A stretch of DNA of 64,000 nucleotides from Coriobacteriaceae bacterium (lineage in GTDB: Bacteria > Actinomycetota > Coriobacteriia > Coriobacteriales > Coriobacteriaceae): NCBI GenBank assembly GCA_025993015.1, contig DAJPFV010000001.1:1608668-1672667 (forward strand), read 5' to 3'. Below the pieces are notes generated by a model that had not been told where the DNA came from, searched no databases, and saw only the letters and a program-made list of their open reading frames with translations. Below, piece by piece: positions 19,502 to 28,665 of this stretch. The translations under genes were made by a program, and so were the position numbers. Numbering within the stretch: the first letter of the stretch is position 1; the number at the start of each line of letters is the position of its first letter.

Positions 19502-20416
19502 ATGGCCGACAATCGCAAGCGTGCGCCTCGTGGCGGCAAGCAGGCCGCTTCTGGCTCGCGTCCGATTCGCCGCAATGACCGCGCTGCCGCTCCCAAGGGC
19601 CAGCGTGATCGCACTCAGGCCGCACGTCCGCAGCGCGATCGCAACCGCGACGCTGTCCAGGCTCCCAAGGGCGAGTTTATCGAAGGTCGCCGTGCTGCCG
19701 CCGAGGCGCTGCGCACCGGTTTTCCCGTCAAGTGTGCGCTCATCGCCGAGGGCGGGGAGCGCGATGCCGCCTTGTCGCGCCTGGTCGACGACCTCAACGC
19801 TGCGGGCGTCCGCATTAAGTATGTGCCGCGCGCGCAGCTCGATGCGCTATCGAGCCATGGCGCTCACCAGGGCATTGCGCTCGAGGTGGGCAACTTCCCC
19901 TATGCCGATGTCGCCGATATTCTCGACCGCGCGGGCGACGGTCCGGCGCTCGTCATCGTGCTCGACCATGTGACCGACGACGGCAACTTTGGTGCCATCG
20001 TGCGCTCCGCCGAGGTCGTGGGCGCGGCAGGCGTCATCATTGCCAACAAGCGCGCCGCCGGTGTGACCGTCGGCAGCTACAAGACCTCTGCCGGCGCCGT
20101 CATGCACCTGCCTATCGCGCAGGTTCCTAATATCGCCCGTGCGCTCGACGACCTCAAGGCCGCTGGCTTTTGGGTGGGCGGTGCTTCCGAGCACGCCGAG
20201 GGCAGCTGCTGGGATGCTCCCTTCGAGGGCCGCGTGGCGCTCGTCATGGGCTCCGAGGGCGACGGCATCTCGCGCCTGGTGCTTGAGAAATGCGACTTTT
20301 TGACCAAGCTTCCCCAGCGCGGCATGACCGAGAGTCTCAACGTTGCCCAGGCGACAACGGCGCTGTGCTTTGAGTGGCTGCGCCGCAACGCCGGCGAGCT
20401 CATGGGGGAGGAGTAG
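19502..20416 (+). CDS. rlmB: 23S rRNA (guanosine-2'-O)-methyltransferase, SpoU/TrmH family (RlmB-like) with a basic N-terminal tail
   Basis: SpoU_sub_bind plus SpoU methylase motifs (LDHVTDDGNFGAIVRSA, LVMGSEGDGIS, LNVAQA). Confidence 0.85.
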   Translation: MADNRKRAPRGGKQAASGSRPIRRNDRAAAPKGQRDRTQAARPQRDRNRDAVQAPKGEFIEGRRAAAEALRTGFPVKCALIAEGGERDAALSRLVDDLNAAGVRIKYVPRAQLDALSSHGAHQGIALEVGNFPYADVADILDRAGDGPALVIVLDHVTDDGNFGAIVRSAEVVGAAGVIIANKRAAGVTVGSYKTSAGAVMHLPIAQVPNIARALDDLKAAGFWVGGASEHAEGSCWDAPFEGRVALVMGSEGDGISRLVLEKCDFLTKLPQRGMTESLNVAQATTALCFEWLRRNAGELMGEE

Positions 20417-20419
20417 CGC

Positions 20420-21097
20420 ATGTCCAAAAAGAACCGTGCCAAGTCCAAGGCCAAGCGCTTTGGCGAGGGCTCGGCCAAGCCGATTGTTTCGGCCGCGACC
20501 TACGGCGTGGGCGGCAATGCGTTTGCGCAGGCTATCGCCGACCCAGTCTCGACGGTGCACTCCAACAAGCCCGAGCTGCTGGTGGTCGACGGTTACAACG
20601 TGATTCACTGCACGCCGCGCTACGAAAAGCTCGTGTACGACCATTCCGACGATCCGTATTCCAGCGACGTTCACGATATGGCGCGCACGGCGCTCATTAA
20701 TGACGTAGCTGCGTTTGCCCAGGGCCGCTACGAGGCCGTGATCGTATTTGACGGCGCGGGCAATATCTCCAGCGAGCGCCCCAACCTACCGGCCCGCGGT
20801 GTGCGCATTGAGTTTTCGCCGACGGGTGTTTCGGCCGATACCGTGGTGCAGAAGCTCTGCATCGAGGCACGTGAGGAAGGCCGCGCGTGCTCCGTGGTAT
20901 CGAGCGACGGCACGATCCAGGCCGTCGTCATGGGTAAGGGCGTCACGCGCATCTCGAGCCGTATGCTGGTGGACGAGATCAAACAGATCGATAACGACGT
21001 TCACGAGGCAGAGGAAGCTCCGCAGATCAAGATGACTCTGGGCAGTCGCCTGAGCCCCGATGCCCTGGCCAAGCTCAAGGCCCTGCGCGGGAGGTAG
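20420..21097 (+). CDS. yacP: NYN-domain ribonuclease, YacP/Rae1 family
   Basis: LLVVDGYNVIH...VIVFDGAGN motifs. Conserved position after rlmB. Confidence 0.8.
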   Translation: MSKKNRAKSKAKRFGEGSAKPIVSAATYGVGGNAFAQAIADPVSTVHSNKPELLVVDGYNVIHCTPRYEKLVYDHSDDPYSSDVHDMARTALINDVAAFAQGRYEAVIVFDGAGNISSERPNLPARGVRIEFSPTGVSADTVVQKLCIEAREEGRACSVVSSDGTIQAVVMGKGVTRISSRMLVDEIKQIDNDVHEAEEAPQIKMTLGSRLSPDALAKLKALRGR

Positions 21098-21124
21098 GGA
21101 AGTTGGCGGGGCAATGCTGCCTCG

Positions 21125-22465
21125 CTAACTCCATTCAGCGATATCGATCATTCTTTCGAGGCGCCACGTTAGCGCCTCTTTTAGATATGGCAGCCTTGCC
21201 GTGAGCGCGTCGTTTCTGGAAAGAATCTCGATTGCCTCGTCAACGAAGCCTTCGAGTTTGTCGCCGTCAAACCAGCCCATGTCCTCGACGAGCAACATTT
21301 GTTTGGCGGGGCTTGAATGAAATTGTGCGCTGGTAAAACTGTGCTCTCCCGCCCTAAGCTCCTCTAGTGATATGTTGCACCAGAGCGATGAGCCCGAATC
21401 GAAGATGGGGGCAGGTCTGCAGGCTTGCGTGTTTACGTTTCGCACGAGGCCGAAGTTGCGCCAATGACGATCGTAGTTGGCAATGATGTCGTCACATACG
21501 ATCATGCGGTCAAGGGCATCCTTGACGCCTGTCACCCCGAGCTCCTCGCAGTTTGCTACATATCGCTCGTAGTCGGTTAGCCGTTCATCTGCGTTTGCGT
21601 GCTGGTTTACATAGAATGCAGGGACATACTCTTCTTCATCAGTTAAGAAGACATCGCATGTGCTCAGGGCGGAAGTGCCCGTGCCCTCGAGCGAGTAAGG
21701 CACATAATCGCAGGCGTTTAGAATGCGACGGTGGAGCGCGGTCGCCACCAGCTCGTTATAAGGTTCCTGGTCCAGGTGCGCTCCTGCCTTATGCAGAATT
21801 CGACGTTCGCCCTCGCACGTCCAGTACTTTTGAAGATTGCCGTCCGAGGTGTTATCGGGCTTTGCGGCAGCCGCTTTTCCCTCTGGGGCAAAGGGTGCAA
21901 TGGACAGTGAGACGTCATCAAAGGCGTTATTGAAGAAGTTGATATCCTCCCAGGTGAGACCGGAACCTTGGGGCCTAATCCAATACTGGTCGGATAAGGA
22001 GAGGCCGAGATTTCGCTGGACGAGTTCATCGGGAACATCGACTGCGGCTTCTGCAAGCAGGGAGGCTAGCCCAATGCGTGCGAGCGGGATACCGCGGCCG
22101 CGCCACCAGATGCGGAAGGAGTCTAGCGATATGGGGCTATTAGGGCCAAATACTCCAATAGGGGCGTGGGCGTAATCGATGTCGGCACCGATGTGGGTAA
22201 AGTCTTTTCGCGATGTGCTGTAGACCAGCTGAGCGACTTCGTACGTGCGGTTCATGAGGGTGAACGCGATCTCGCTCTTACCGTGGCCGCGGCGGGGACG
22301 TCCCCCCGTTTTGGTCACAGAGCGGAGTCGCGTGTCGACGCTGTCTTTGTCGATGAGCCATACACCAGAAGCCTTGCGGGCCTCAAGTGCTCCGTTTTTT
22401 ATGAGCTCCTGCACCCTGCGCGGAGTGATGCCGAGCAGCTCGGCGGCTTCTTTGGTAGTAAGCAT
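21125..22465 (-). CDS. HipA-like Ser/Thr kinase with fused N-terminal excisionase-type HTH (YjjJ/HipH-like architecture)
   Basis: N-terminus MLTTKEAAELLGITPRRVQELIKNGAL (HTH_17-like). C-terminus ANYDRHWRNFGLV...PIFDSGSSL matches the HipA_C catalytic motifs. The gene is visibly lower in GC than its neighbours. Confidence 0.72.
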   Translation of the reverse strand: MLTTKEAAELLGITPRRVQELIKNGALEARKASGVWLIDKDSVDTRLRSVTKTGGRPRRGHGKSEIAFTLMNRTYEVAQLVYSTSRKDFTHIGADIDYAHAPIGVFGPNSPISLDSFRIWWRGRGIPLARIGLASLLAEAAVDVPDELVQRNLGLSLSDQYWIRPQGSGLTWEDINFFNNAFDDVSLSIAPFAPEGKAAAAKPDNTSDGNLQKYWTCEGERRILHKAGAHLDQEPYNELVATALHRRILNACDYVPYSLEGTGTSALSTCDVFLTDEEEYVPAFYVNQHANADERLTDYERYVANCEELGVTGVKDALDRMIVCDDIIANYDRHWRNFGLVRNVNTQACRPAPIFDSGSSLWCNISLEELRAGEHSFTSAQFHSSPAKQMLLVEDMGWFDGDKLEGFVDEAIEILSRNDALTARLPYLKEALTWRLERMIDIAEWS

Positions 22466-22475
22466 CGCGAAACCC

Positions 22476-22536
22476 TTCGCCAGAACGAATAGTTTTATAT
22501 ATAGCAATTGTAATTAAAACTATTCGTTCTGGCGAA
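22476..22536. promoter_or_regulatory. Perfect 22-bp inverted repeat separated by a 17-bp AT-rich spacer, candidate autoregulatory operator of the HTH-HipA gene
   Basis: ttcgccagaacgaatagtttta (22476-22497) / taaaactattcgttctggcgaa (22515-22536), starting 11 nt upstream of the ATG. Confidence 0.45.
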
Positions 22537-22689
22537 TGGTTTTAAGATTGAGGGCGCACTGACAGAAATGAACGGGCCTGGTATGCGTTGTTGCTGGATT
22601 TTGCATATTTGTATAACGCCGTGCGGCCTGTTGCGCCCCGTCCGCAATTCCTTTATTCTTAACTGGCTTCGCGTGAAAGCGCCAAGTGT

Positions 22690-22764
22690 GCCAGTGTGGC
22701 GCAACGGTAGCGCAACTGATTTGTAATCAGTGGGCTGCAGGTTCGATTCCTGTCACTGGCTCCA
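22690..22764 (+). tRNA. tRNA-Thr (anticodon TGT), CCA encoded
   Basis: Manual cloverleaf: acceptor gccagtg/cactggc, D arm gcgc-aacggta-gcgc, anticodon arm actga-ttTGTaa-tcagt, T arm gcagg-ttcgatt-cctgt. Confidence 0.85.
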
Positions 22765-22857
22765 TGAGAGTTTCGGGCTCTGTTCCTTGTGGGACAGGGC
22801 CCGTTTCTATTTATGTCGATAAGTCAGTAGGTTTGGTGCCAACCAAGCTTCAGGTTT

Positions 22858-22993
22858 GTCTCAATCTGTAACATGAAGAGGCTGAAAACCGTTCTAGCTG
22901 TTACAGAATGAGACGTAAGCTGGGGTCTCTGCGTAATATCTCGATCTGTAACAGATGGGGGAGGAATAACCCTCTTACTGTTACAGATCGAGA
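22858..22993. repeat. Two tandem related hairpins (about 80-bp period), each with a 16-bp stem containing CTGTAACA/TGTTACAG
   Basis: Hairpin 1: gtctcaatctgtaaca (22858-22873) pairs with tgttacagaatgagac (22899-22914). Hairpin 2: tctcgatctgtaacag (22939-22954) pairs with ctgttacagatcgaga (22978-22993). Confidence 0.8.
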
Positions 22994-23047
22994 CAAAGGC
23001 CGGACCGGTCCCAGTCATCCTGCCCGAGCGAGGATTTCCGGACATAC

Positions 23048-23140
23048 GAGCGTGGAATATCTCCCACCTGGAGGCTGAGCGTGGATAATCTCCCACTTTG
23101 GGCTCGAAGCCACGCCAAAAGTGGGAGATTATCCACGCTC
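23048..23140. repeat. Three copies of the 20-mer GAGCGTGGAWWATCTCCCAC (two direct, one inverted, forming a perfect 23-bp-stem hairpin)
   Basis: Copies at 23048-23067 and 23077-23096 (direct). 23118-23140 is the exact reverse complement of 23077-23099. Confidence 0.8.
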
Positions 23141-23355
23141 GATTCTGTCTGGGAAGCCCGATCTCGACCTATATATAGGTGCAAATGAGTCGTTATCGAA
23201 GTAATATTCTACAGGCTCACTCCACTACGCCAAAGTGTTCCCTCGGGAAATGTCACCGCAATATGCAAATTCACCGTCCTTCATATCCAAACTCAGCAAA
23301 ACGGCAGGTCAAAGCTATATGGATACGCCCGGAGCCGTGTATCTAGAGGTTTTCG

Positions 23356-23385
23356 TTGACAGCCCCCAAGGTGGCATCGTATTAT
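23356..23385 (+). promoter_or_regulatory. Candidate sigma-70-type promoter for the tRNA-tuf cluster
   Basis: TTGACA (23356-23361), 18-nt spacer, TATTAT (23380-23385). Confidence 0.45.
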
Positions 23386-23447
23386 CTTCTTCGTTCGCGG
23401 GGGCGGCGGTCCAAAAGACCAAAGGACCTGCGGATACTTGAACGATT

Positions 23448-23529
23448 GGGAGTTTGCCCGAGTGGTTAATGGGGACGGGCTGTAAACCCGTTGGCTCTGC
23501 CTACATAGGTTCGAATCCTATAGCTCCCA
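23448..23529 (+). tRNA. tRNA-Tyr (anticodon GTA), long variable arm, no encoded CCA
   Basis: Acceptor gggagtt/agctccc, anticodon loop ctGTAaa, T loop ttcgaat. Confidence 0.85.
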
Positions 23530-23539
23530 CCCGTCAAGT

Positions 23540-23615
23540 GCCTGTATAGCTCAGTCGGTAGAGCACTTCGTTGGTAACGAAGAGGTCACCAGTTCAAGTC
23601 TGGTTGCAGGCTCCA
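23540..23615 (+). tRNA. tRNA-Thr (anticodon GGT)
   Basis: gcctgta...tagctcagtcggtagagc...cttcg-ttGGTaa-cgaag...ttcaagt...tgcaggc-t-cca. Confidence 0.88.
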
Positions 23616-23618
23616 TCC

Positions 23619-23695
23619 GGCGGTGTAGCTCAGTTGGTTAGAGCACACGGTTCATACCCGTGGCGTCACTGGTTCGAATCCAGTCACCGCTACCA
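23619..23695 (+). tRNA. tRNA-Met (anticodon CAT), elongator-like
   Basis: ggcggtg-ta-gctcagttggttagagc...cacgg-ttCATac-ccgtg...ttcgaat...caccgct-a-cca. It lacks the three consecutive G-C pairs of initiator tRNA. A tRNA-Ile2 (lysidine) identity cannot be excluded. Confidence 0.8.
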
Positions 23696-23791
23696 TAGGT
23701 AACACGGTGGCTTCTCAATAATATGTTGAGAGGCCACTATGGTATAAAGGCAAAGTCCCGTCCGGGGACGACCTGTTTAGAGGAGGGCTTT

Positions 23792-24982
23792 ATGGCCAAA
23801 GAGAAGTTTGAGCGCACTAAGCCGCATGTTAACATCGGCACCATTGGTCACGTCGACCACGGCAAGACCACGCTGACCGCTGCCATCACCAAGGTTCTCT
23901 CCGAGACCGAGGGCTGCAAGGCTGACTTCACTGCGTTCGAGAACATCGACAAGGCTCCCGAGGAGCGCGAGCGCGGCATTACGATCTCCGTCTCCCACGT
24001 CGAGTACGAGACTGCTGCCCGTCACTACGCTCACGTTGACTGCCCGGGCCACGCTGACTACGTCAAGAACATGATCTCCGGTGCTGCTCAGATGGACGGC
24101 GCTATCCTGGTCATCGCCGCTACCGACGGCCCCATGGCTCAGACCCGCGAGCACATCCTGCTCGCCCGTCAGGTCGGCGTTCCCTACATCGTCGTCTTCC
24201 TGAACAAGTGCGACATGGTCGACGATGACGAGCTCATCGACCTCGTCGAGATGGAGACCCGTGAGCTCCTCTCCGAGTACGATTTCCCCGGCGACGACAT
24301 CCCCGTCATCCGTGGTTCCGCTCTGGGCGCTCTCGAGGGCGACGCCAAGTGGATGGACGCCATTCGCGAGCTCATGAACGCTGTCGACGAGTACATCCCG
24401 ACGCCTGCTCGTAACAACGACCTCCCGTTCCTGATGGCCGTTGAGGACGTTATGACCATCTCCGGCCGTGGTACCGTTGCTACCGGCCGTGTCGAGCGCG
24501 GTGAGCTCAAGCTCAACGAGCCCGTCGAGATCGTCGGCATCAAGGATACCCAGAACACCGTTGTTACCGGTATCGAGATGTTCCGTAAGTCCATGGACTT
24601 CTGCGAGGCTGGCGACAACGTCGGTCTGCTGCTCCGCGGCATCAAACGTGAGGACATCGAGCGCGGCCAGGTTCTCTGCAAGCCCGGTTCGGTTACCCCG
24701 CACACCAAGTTCACCGGCGAGATCTACGTTCTGACCAAGGAGGAGGGTGGCCGTCACACCCCGTTCTTCGATGGTTATCGTCCTCAGTTCTACTTCCGTA
24801 CCACCGACGTTACCGGTACGGTCAAGCTCCCCGAGGGCACCGAGATGGCTATGCCTGGTGACCACATCACCATCGAGGGCGACCTCATCCACCCGATCGC
24901 CATGGAGGAGGGCCTGCGCTTCGCTATCCGCGAGGGTGGCCACACCGTCGGTTCGGGCATCGTCTCCACGATCATTGAGTAA
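23792..24982 (+). CDS. tuf: Elongation factor Tu
   Basis: [28 protein letters not shown]...; the ATG at 23792 follows aggaggg. Confidence 0.97.
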   Translation: MAKEKFERTKPHVNIGTIGHVDHGKTTLTAAITKVLSETEGCKADFTAFENIDKAPEERERGITISVSHVEYETAARHYAHVDCPGHADYVKNMISGAAQMDGAILVIAATDGPMAQTREHILLARQVGVPYIVVFLNKCDMVDDDELIDLVEMETRELLSEYDFPGDDIPVIRGSALGALEGDAKWMDAIRELMNAVDEYIPTPARNNDLPFLMAVEDVMTISGRGTVATGRVERGELKLNEPVEIVGIKDTQNTVVTGIEMFRKSMDFCEAGDNVGLLLRGIKREDIERGQVLCKPGSVTPHTKFTGEIYVLTKEEGGRHTPFFDGYRPQFYFRTTDVTGTVKLPEGTEMAMPGDHITIEGDLIHPIAMEEGLRFAIREGGHTVGSGIVSTIIE

Positions 24983-25009
24983 ATTAGCTCTTTGATATAG
25001 CTGACTTAG

Positions 25010-25045
25010 AGAACCCGGCACTTATATGGGTGCCGGGTTCTTTTC
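25010..25045 (+). terminator. Rho-independent terminator after tuf
   Basis: agaacccggcac / gtgccgggttct stem plus tttt. Confidence 0.7.
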
Positions 25046-25186
25046 TGCAATGGATATTGAGCCGTTGCTGGTGTCGAGAGGATCGATAATGGTCCTGGAT
25101 GCACCGTCGATTAGCTCTCGATGGCTTCATTGATGTGTTCCAAATATGAATGGATCCACCGAGAACCAATTGACTCGAGGTTTTCA

Positions 25187-25216
25187 TTGACAGCACTTAC
25201 GTGGAGCTGATAAAGT
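25187..25216 (+). promoter_or_regulatory. Candidate promoter upstream of rpmG
   Basis: TTGACA (25187-25192), 18-nt spacer, TAAAGT (25211-25216). Confidence 0.4.
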
Positions 25217-25261
25217 AACAACTCGTGCCCGTACGGGGCGGAAATGAAAGGTTCAGGATAC

Positions 25262-25411
25262 ATGCGTACTCTAGTTACTCTTGCGTGCACTGAGTGCAAG
25301 CGCCGCAACTATACGACCACCAAGAACAAGTCGACCATGCCTGATCGTATGGAGATCAAGAAGTATTGCCCCTGGTGCCGTCACCACACGCTGCACAAAG
25401 AGACTCGCTAG
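25262..25411 (+). CDS. rpmG: 50S ribosomal protein L33 (49 aa, below the ORF-track cutoff)
   Basis: Manual translation gives [49 protein letters not shown], with the CxxC...CxxC zinc ribbon typical of L33. Confidence 0.9.
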   Translation: MRTLVTLACTECKRRNYTTTKNKSTMPDRMEIKKYCPWCRHHTLHKETR

Positions 25412-25424
25412 TCTCTAGTCACAT

Positions 25425-25500
25425 ACGCCAGTAGTTCAATTGGTAGAGCATCGGTCTCCAAAACCGAGTGTTGAGGGTTCGAGTCCTTCCTGGCGTGCCA
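25425..25500 (+). tRNA. tRNA-Trp (anticodon CCA)
   Basis: acgccag...tcggt-ctCCAaa-accga...gaggg-ttcgagt-ccttc-ctggcgt-g-cca. Confidence 0.88.
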
Positions 25501-25576
25501 GTCATTATTCCGTAAGCTCCCACTTGGGGGCTTACGGTTTACTCATGTATAAGCGCATTGCGCGGAGGTAACCCAA

Positions 25577-25915
25577 ATGGCCAACAAGAAGAACAAGAAG
25601 AAGGCTCAGCAGCCGGCACCTGCCAACAACGCTGCCGCCAACTCCAAGGTTGAGGCCAAGAAGGCCGTTGCCAAGAAGAACGAGAAGGCTGCGAAGTCCA
25701 AGAAGAACGAGAAGCCTGGTTTCTTCGCCCGCACCAAGAAGTATTTCGCTTCGGTCAAGTCCGAGATGAAGCGTGTCACGTGGCCCGATAAGAAGGAGCT
25801 CGTGAACTACTCGGTAGTCGTTTGCGCTTCTCTGGTCGTCGTCGGCGTCGTCATCGCTCTGCTCGATGCTGGCTTTGGCGAGGCTCTTGCTCTGTTCTCT
25901 GGATTGAGGGGCTAA
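25577..25915 (+). CDS. secE: Preprotein translocase subunit SecE with Lys/Ala-rich N-terminal extension
   Basis: C-terminal KSEMKRVTWPDKKELVNYSVVVCASLVVVGVVIALLD. Position upstream of nusG. Confidence 0.88.
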   Translation: MANKKNKKKAQQPAPANNAAANSKVEAKKAVAKKNEKAAKSKKNEKPGFFARTKKYFASVKSEMKRVTWPDKKELVNYSVVVCASLVVVGVVIALLDAGFGEALALFSGLRG

Positions 25916-25918
25916 ACC

Positions 25919-26455
25919 ATGTCTAAGCGTTGGTACGTCGTTCACACTTACTCCGGATACGAGAACCGCGTAAAGTCCGATCTCGAGCATCGTATCGAGA
26001 CCATGGGCATGCAGGACCGTATCTTTGATATCGAGATTCCTATGGAGCGCGTCACCGAGATCAAAGAGGGTGGCAAGCGCGAGACCAAGGATTCCAAGAT
26101 CTTCCCGGGTTATGTCTTGGTCCGCATGGAGATGGATGACGATGCTTGGACGTGTGTTCGCAACACGCCCGGCGTCACCGGTTTCCTAGGCGGCAACGGT
26201 AAGCCCGCTCCGCTTTCCCGTGACGAGTACAACAAGATGACTCGTCGTCCCGGTAAGGGCGATTCGCCCAAGCGCACCTCGGTTGATATTCAGGTCGGCA
26301 CGTCCGTCCGTGTCACCGATGGCCCGCTTACCGACTTTGATGGCAAGGTCTCCGAGGTTAATACCGAGGCTGGCAAGCTCAAGGTCACGCTGATGATCTT
26401 TGGCCGCGAGACGCCGGTCGAGCTCGACTTTAACCAGGTCGCTGTCATCGCTTAA
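25919..26455 (+). CDS. nusG: Transcription termination/antitermination factor NusG
   Basis: WYVVHTYSGYENRVK (NGN domain) plus a C-terminal KOW (G..VRVTDGPLTDFDGKV). Confidence 0.95.
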   Translation: MSKRWYVVHTYSGYENRVKSDLEHRIETMGMQDRIFDIEIPMERVTEIKEGGKRETKDSKIFPGYVLVRMEMDDDAWTCVRNTPGVTGFLGGNGKPAPLSRDEYNKMTRRPGKGDSPKRTSVDIQVGTSVRVTDGPLTDFDGKVSEVNTEAGKLKVTLMIFGRETPVELDFNQVAVIA

Positions 26456-26575
26456 GTTTTCGTCCGTTCGCGCGAGCGTGCTTCTTCTGTGACTGCTCAT
26501 CTCAGGAGTGCTTCTAACACGTGCGTGCTTACGATATAGCAAGTACTTCACACTCGTGATTCGAAAGGAATGACC

Positions 26576-27004
26576 ATGGCTGAGAAGAAGGTTGCCAACG
26601 TCATTAAGCTCCAGATTCCTGCTGGTGCAGCTAACCCCGCTCCTCCCGTCGGCCCCGCCCTGGGCGCTGCTGGCGTGAACATCATGCAGTTCTGCCAGGC
26701 CTTTAACGCCGAGACGCAGGACAAGAAGGGCGACATCATCCCCGTTGAGATCTCTGTCTACGAGGATAAGTCCTTCTCCTTCATCACCAAGACCCCGCCG
26801 GCGGCTCACCTCATCAAGAAGGAGCTGAACCTCAAGTCTGGTTCCGCTAAGCCCCAGGCCGACAAGGTTGGTCAGCTCTCCCAGGAGCAGCTCACCAAGA
26901 TCGCCGAGATCAAGATGCCGGACCTCAATGCCAACGACATTGACGCCGCCAAGAAGATCATCGCCGGTACCGCCCGTTCCATGGGCGTCACCATCGCTGA
27001 GTAG
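26576..27004 (+). CDS. rplK: 50S ribosomal protein L11
   Basis: [30 protein letters not shown] prefer the ATG at 26576 because of its spacing to the aaagga RBS. Confidence 0.95.
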   Translation: MAEKKVANVIKLQIPAGAANPAPPVGPALGAAGVNIMQFCQAFNAETQDKKGDIIPVEISVYEDKSFSFITKTPPAAHLIKKELNLKSGSAKPQADKVGQLSQEQLTKIAEIKMPDLNANDIDAAKKIIAGTARSMGVTIAE

Positions 27005-27121
27005 CGATTTCTTATGGTAACGACGGGTGCTCCGACCGGGGCGCCCGTTAAATGTGTGCAATAGGGCACACGATACGATGTGGGAGGGCTCACGCCCGTT
27101 TAACCACAGGAGGTAATGCAC

Positions 27122-27829
27122 ATGGCTAAGCATGGTAAGAGCTATAACGCCGCTGCCGAGAAGATCGACCGCGCCACGCTCTACACCCCCCTTCAGGCTG
27201 CCAAGCTCATCAAGGAGCTCGACACCGCCAAGTTCGACGAGACCGTCGAGGCCCACTTCCGTCTGGGCATCGATACTCGTAAGGCTGACCAGAACATCCG
27301 TGGTTCCATCTCCCTGCCTCACGGCACCGGCAAGACCGTTCGTGTTGCCGTCTTCGCCGAGGGTGAGAAGGCCCGCGAGGCCGAGGCTGCCGGCGCCGAC
27401 ATCATCGGTTCCGACGAGCTCGTCGCCCAGATCCAGAAGGGCGAGATCAACTTCGACGCCGCTATCGCTACGCCGAACATGATGGCCAAGGTTGGCCGCA
27501 TCGGTAAGATCCTTGGTCCCCGTGGCCTCATGCCGAACCCCAAGCTCGGCACCGTGACCATGGACGTCGCCAAGATGGTCTCCGAGCTCAAGGCTGGCCG
27601 CGTTGAGTACCGCGCCGACCGCTACGGCATCTGCCACGTGCCCCTGGGCAAGAAGTCCTTCTCTGAGCAGCAGCTCGTCGAGAACTACGCTGCCCTGTAC
27701 ACCGAGATTCTGCGCGTCAAGCCCTCTTCTGCTAAGGGCAAGTACGTCAAGTCCATCTCCGTGTCTTCCACCATGGGCCCTGGCGTCAAGGTCGATCCCG
27801 CTGTCCAGCGTGACTTCCTGGCTGAGTAA
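27122..27829 (+). CDS. rplA: 50S ribosomal protein L1
   Basis: [11 protein letters not shown]...[23 protein letters not shown]. The aggagg RBS lies 8 nt upstream of 27122. Confidence 0.95.
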   Translation: MAKHGKSYNAAAEKIDRATLYTPLQAAKLIKELDTAKFDETVEAHFRLGIDTRKADQNIRGSISLPHGTGKTVRVAVFAEGEKAREAEAAGADIIGSDELVAQIQKGEINFDAAIATPNMMAKVGRIGKILGPRGLMPNPKLGTVTMDVAKMVSELKAGRVEYRADRYGICHVPLGKKSFSEQQLVENYAALYTEILRVKPSSAKGKYVKSISVSSTMGPGVKVDPAVQRDFLAE

Positions 27830-27865
27830 CTGCTAGTTACTGCCTGAGTACAGCAAGCATTGCTA

Positions 27866-27906
27866 AAGAAACCCGGTTCTGCCTTGTGCAGGACCGGGTT
27901 TCTTGC
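27866..27906 (+). terminator. Rho-independent terminator after rplA
   Basis: agaaacccggt / accgggtttct stem followed by tgc. Confidence 0.65.
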
Positions 27907-27913
27907 TATCGCG

Positions 27914-27956
27914 TCAAAACCACCATAAAGGGGACAGTGTCCCCTTTATGGTGGTT
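27914..27956 (-). terminator. Terminator of the minus-strand phosphoesterase operon (perfect 17-bp stem)
   Basis: aaccaccataaagggga / tcccctttatggtggtt; on the minus strand it is followed by ttttgacg. Confidence 0.65.
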
Positions 27957-28665
27957 ACCAGGGTGTTCTGGCTGTTGAAGACTCGATGGCTTCGTGGCGT
28001 TTGAGCTCGCGGCGCATGGTTTGTGAGTTGAGCCAAGCTGCTTGCCAGCCGCGGATGGGGTAGTGCGTCTGGTCGAGCTCAAACTGCGTATAGCCGCAGG
28101 CGTTGATGATCGTCGTTCCACACACATGCTGACGCTCGCGCTGAAAATCGCAACCGTAGCTTTGGTGCACATGCCCGTGCACCATGTAGTCGGGATTCCA
28201 GGATTCGAGTGCTGTGTTAAAACACTCGAATCCTCGATGCGGCAGATCGTCCAGATCACCCATACCGGCGGCGGGTGCATGGGTAAGCAGAATGTCGCAC
28301 CCGCCGACCATCCTAACCTTACGCGACAGCTTACGCATGCGCTTGGACATCTCGCGTTCGGTGTACATGTTGGCGCCGTCGCGATAACGCATGGACCCGC
28401 CAAGGCCCGCAATGCGAATCCCTCGGTACGTGTACACGCTGTCCTCTACGCAGATACATCCACCCGGTGCATGACGTGCGTAGCGGTCATCGTGATTGCC
28501 GCGCACGTAGATGAGCGGTTTGTTGATGACCGTAACCAAAAACTCAAGATAGTCCGGGTCCAGATCGCCGGCGGACAAAATCAGGTCGACGCCCTCAAAG
28601 CGTTCCTTGCGAAAGCACTCCCAAAGGCATCGTTCTTCGGTATCGGCTATGGCAAGGATTTTCAT
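27955..28665 (-). CDS. Metallophosphoesterase (calcineurin-like) family protein
   Basis: MKILAIADTEE...LILSAGDL...VRGNHDD...HAPAAGMGD...VHGHVH motifs. Confidence 0.85.
   Translation of the reverse strand: MKILAIADTEERCLWECFRKERFEGVDLILSAGDLDPDYLEFLVTVINKPLIYVRGNHDDRYARHAPGGCICVEDSVYTYRGIRIAGLGGSMRYRDGANMYTEREMSKRMRKLSRKVRMVGGCDILLTHAPAAGMGDLDDLPHRGFECFNTALESWNPDYMVHGHVHQSYGCDFQRERQHVCGTTIINACGYTQFELDQTHYPIRGWQAAWLNSQTMRRELKRHEAIESSTARTPW

Noticed and set aside
22245-22704. Small ORFs (90 aa on the plus strand, 69 aa on the minus strand) that both end in or contain KPFARTNSF.
   Set aside because: They are an artefact of the 22-bp perfect inverted repeat in the hipA-like promoter region, and they overlap the real gene or the tRNA.
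27005-27121. Possible L1-binding regulatory leader between rplK and rplA (hairpins acgggtgc...gcgcccgt and gtgtgc...gcacac).
   Set aside because: Hairpins are present, but I cannot match them to the L1 23S-mimic site by eye. I left this unannotated pending a covariance-model search.
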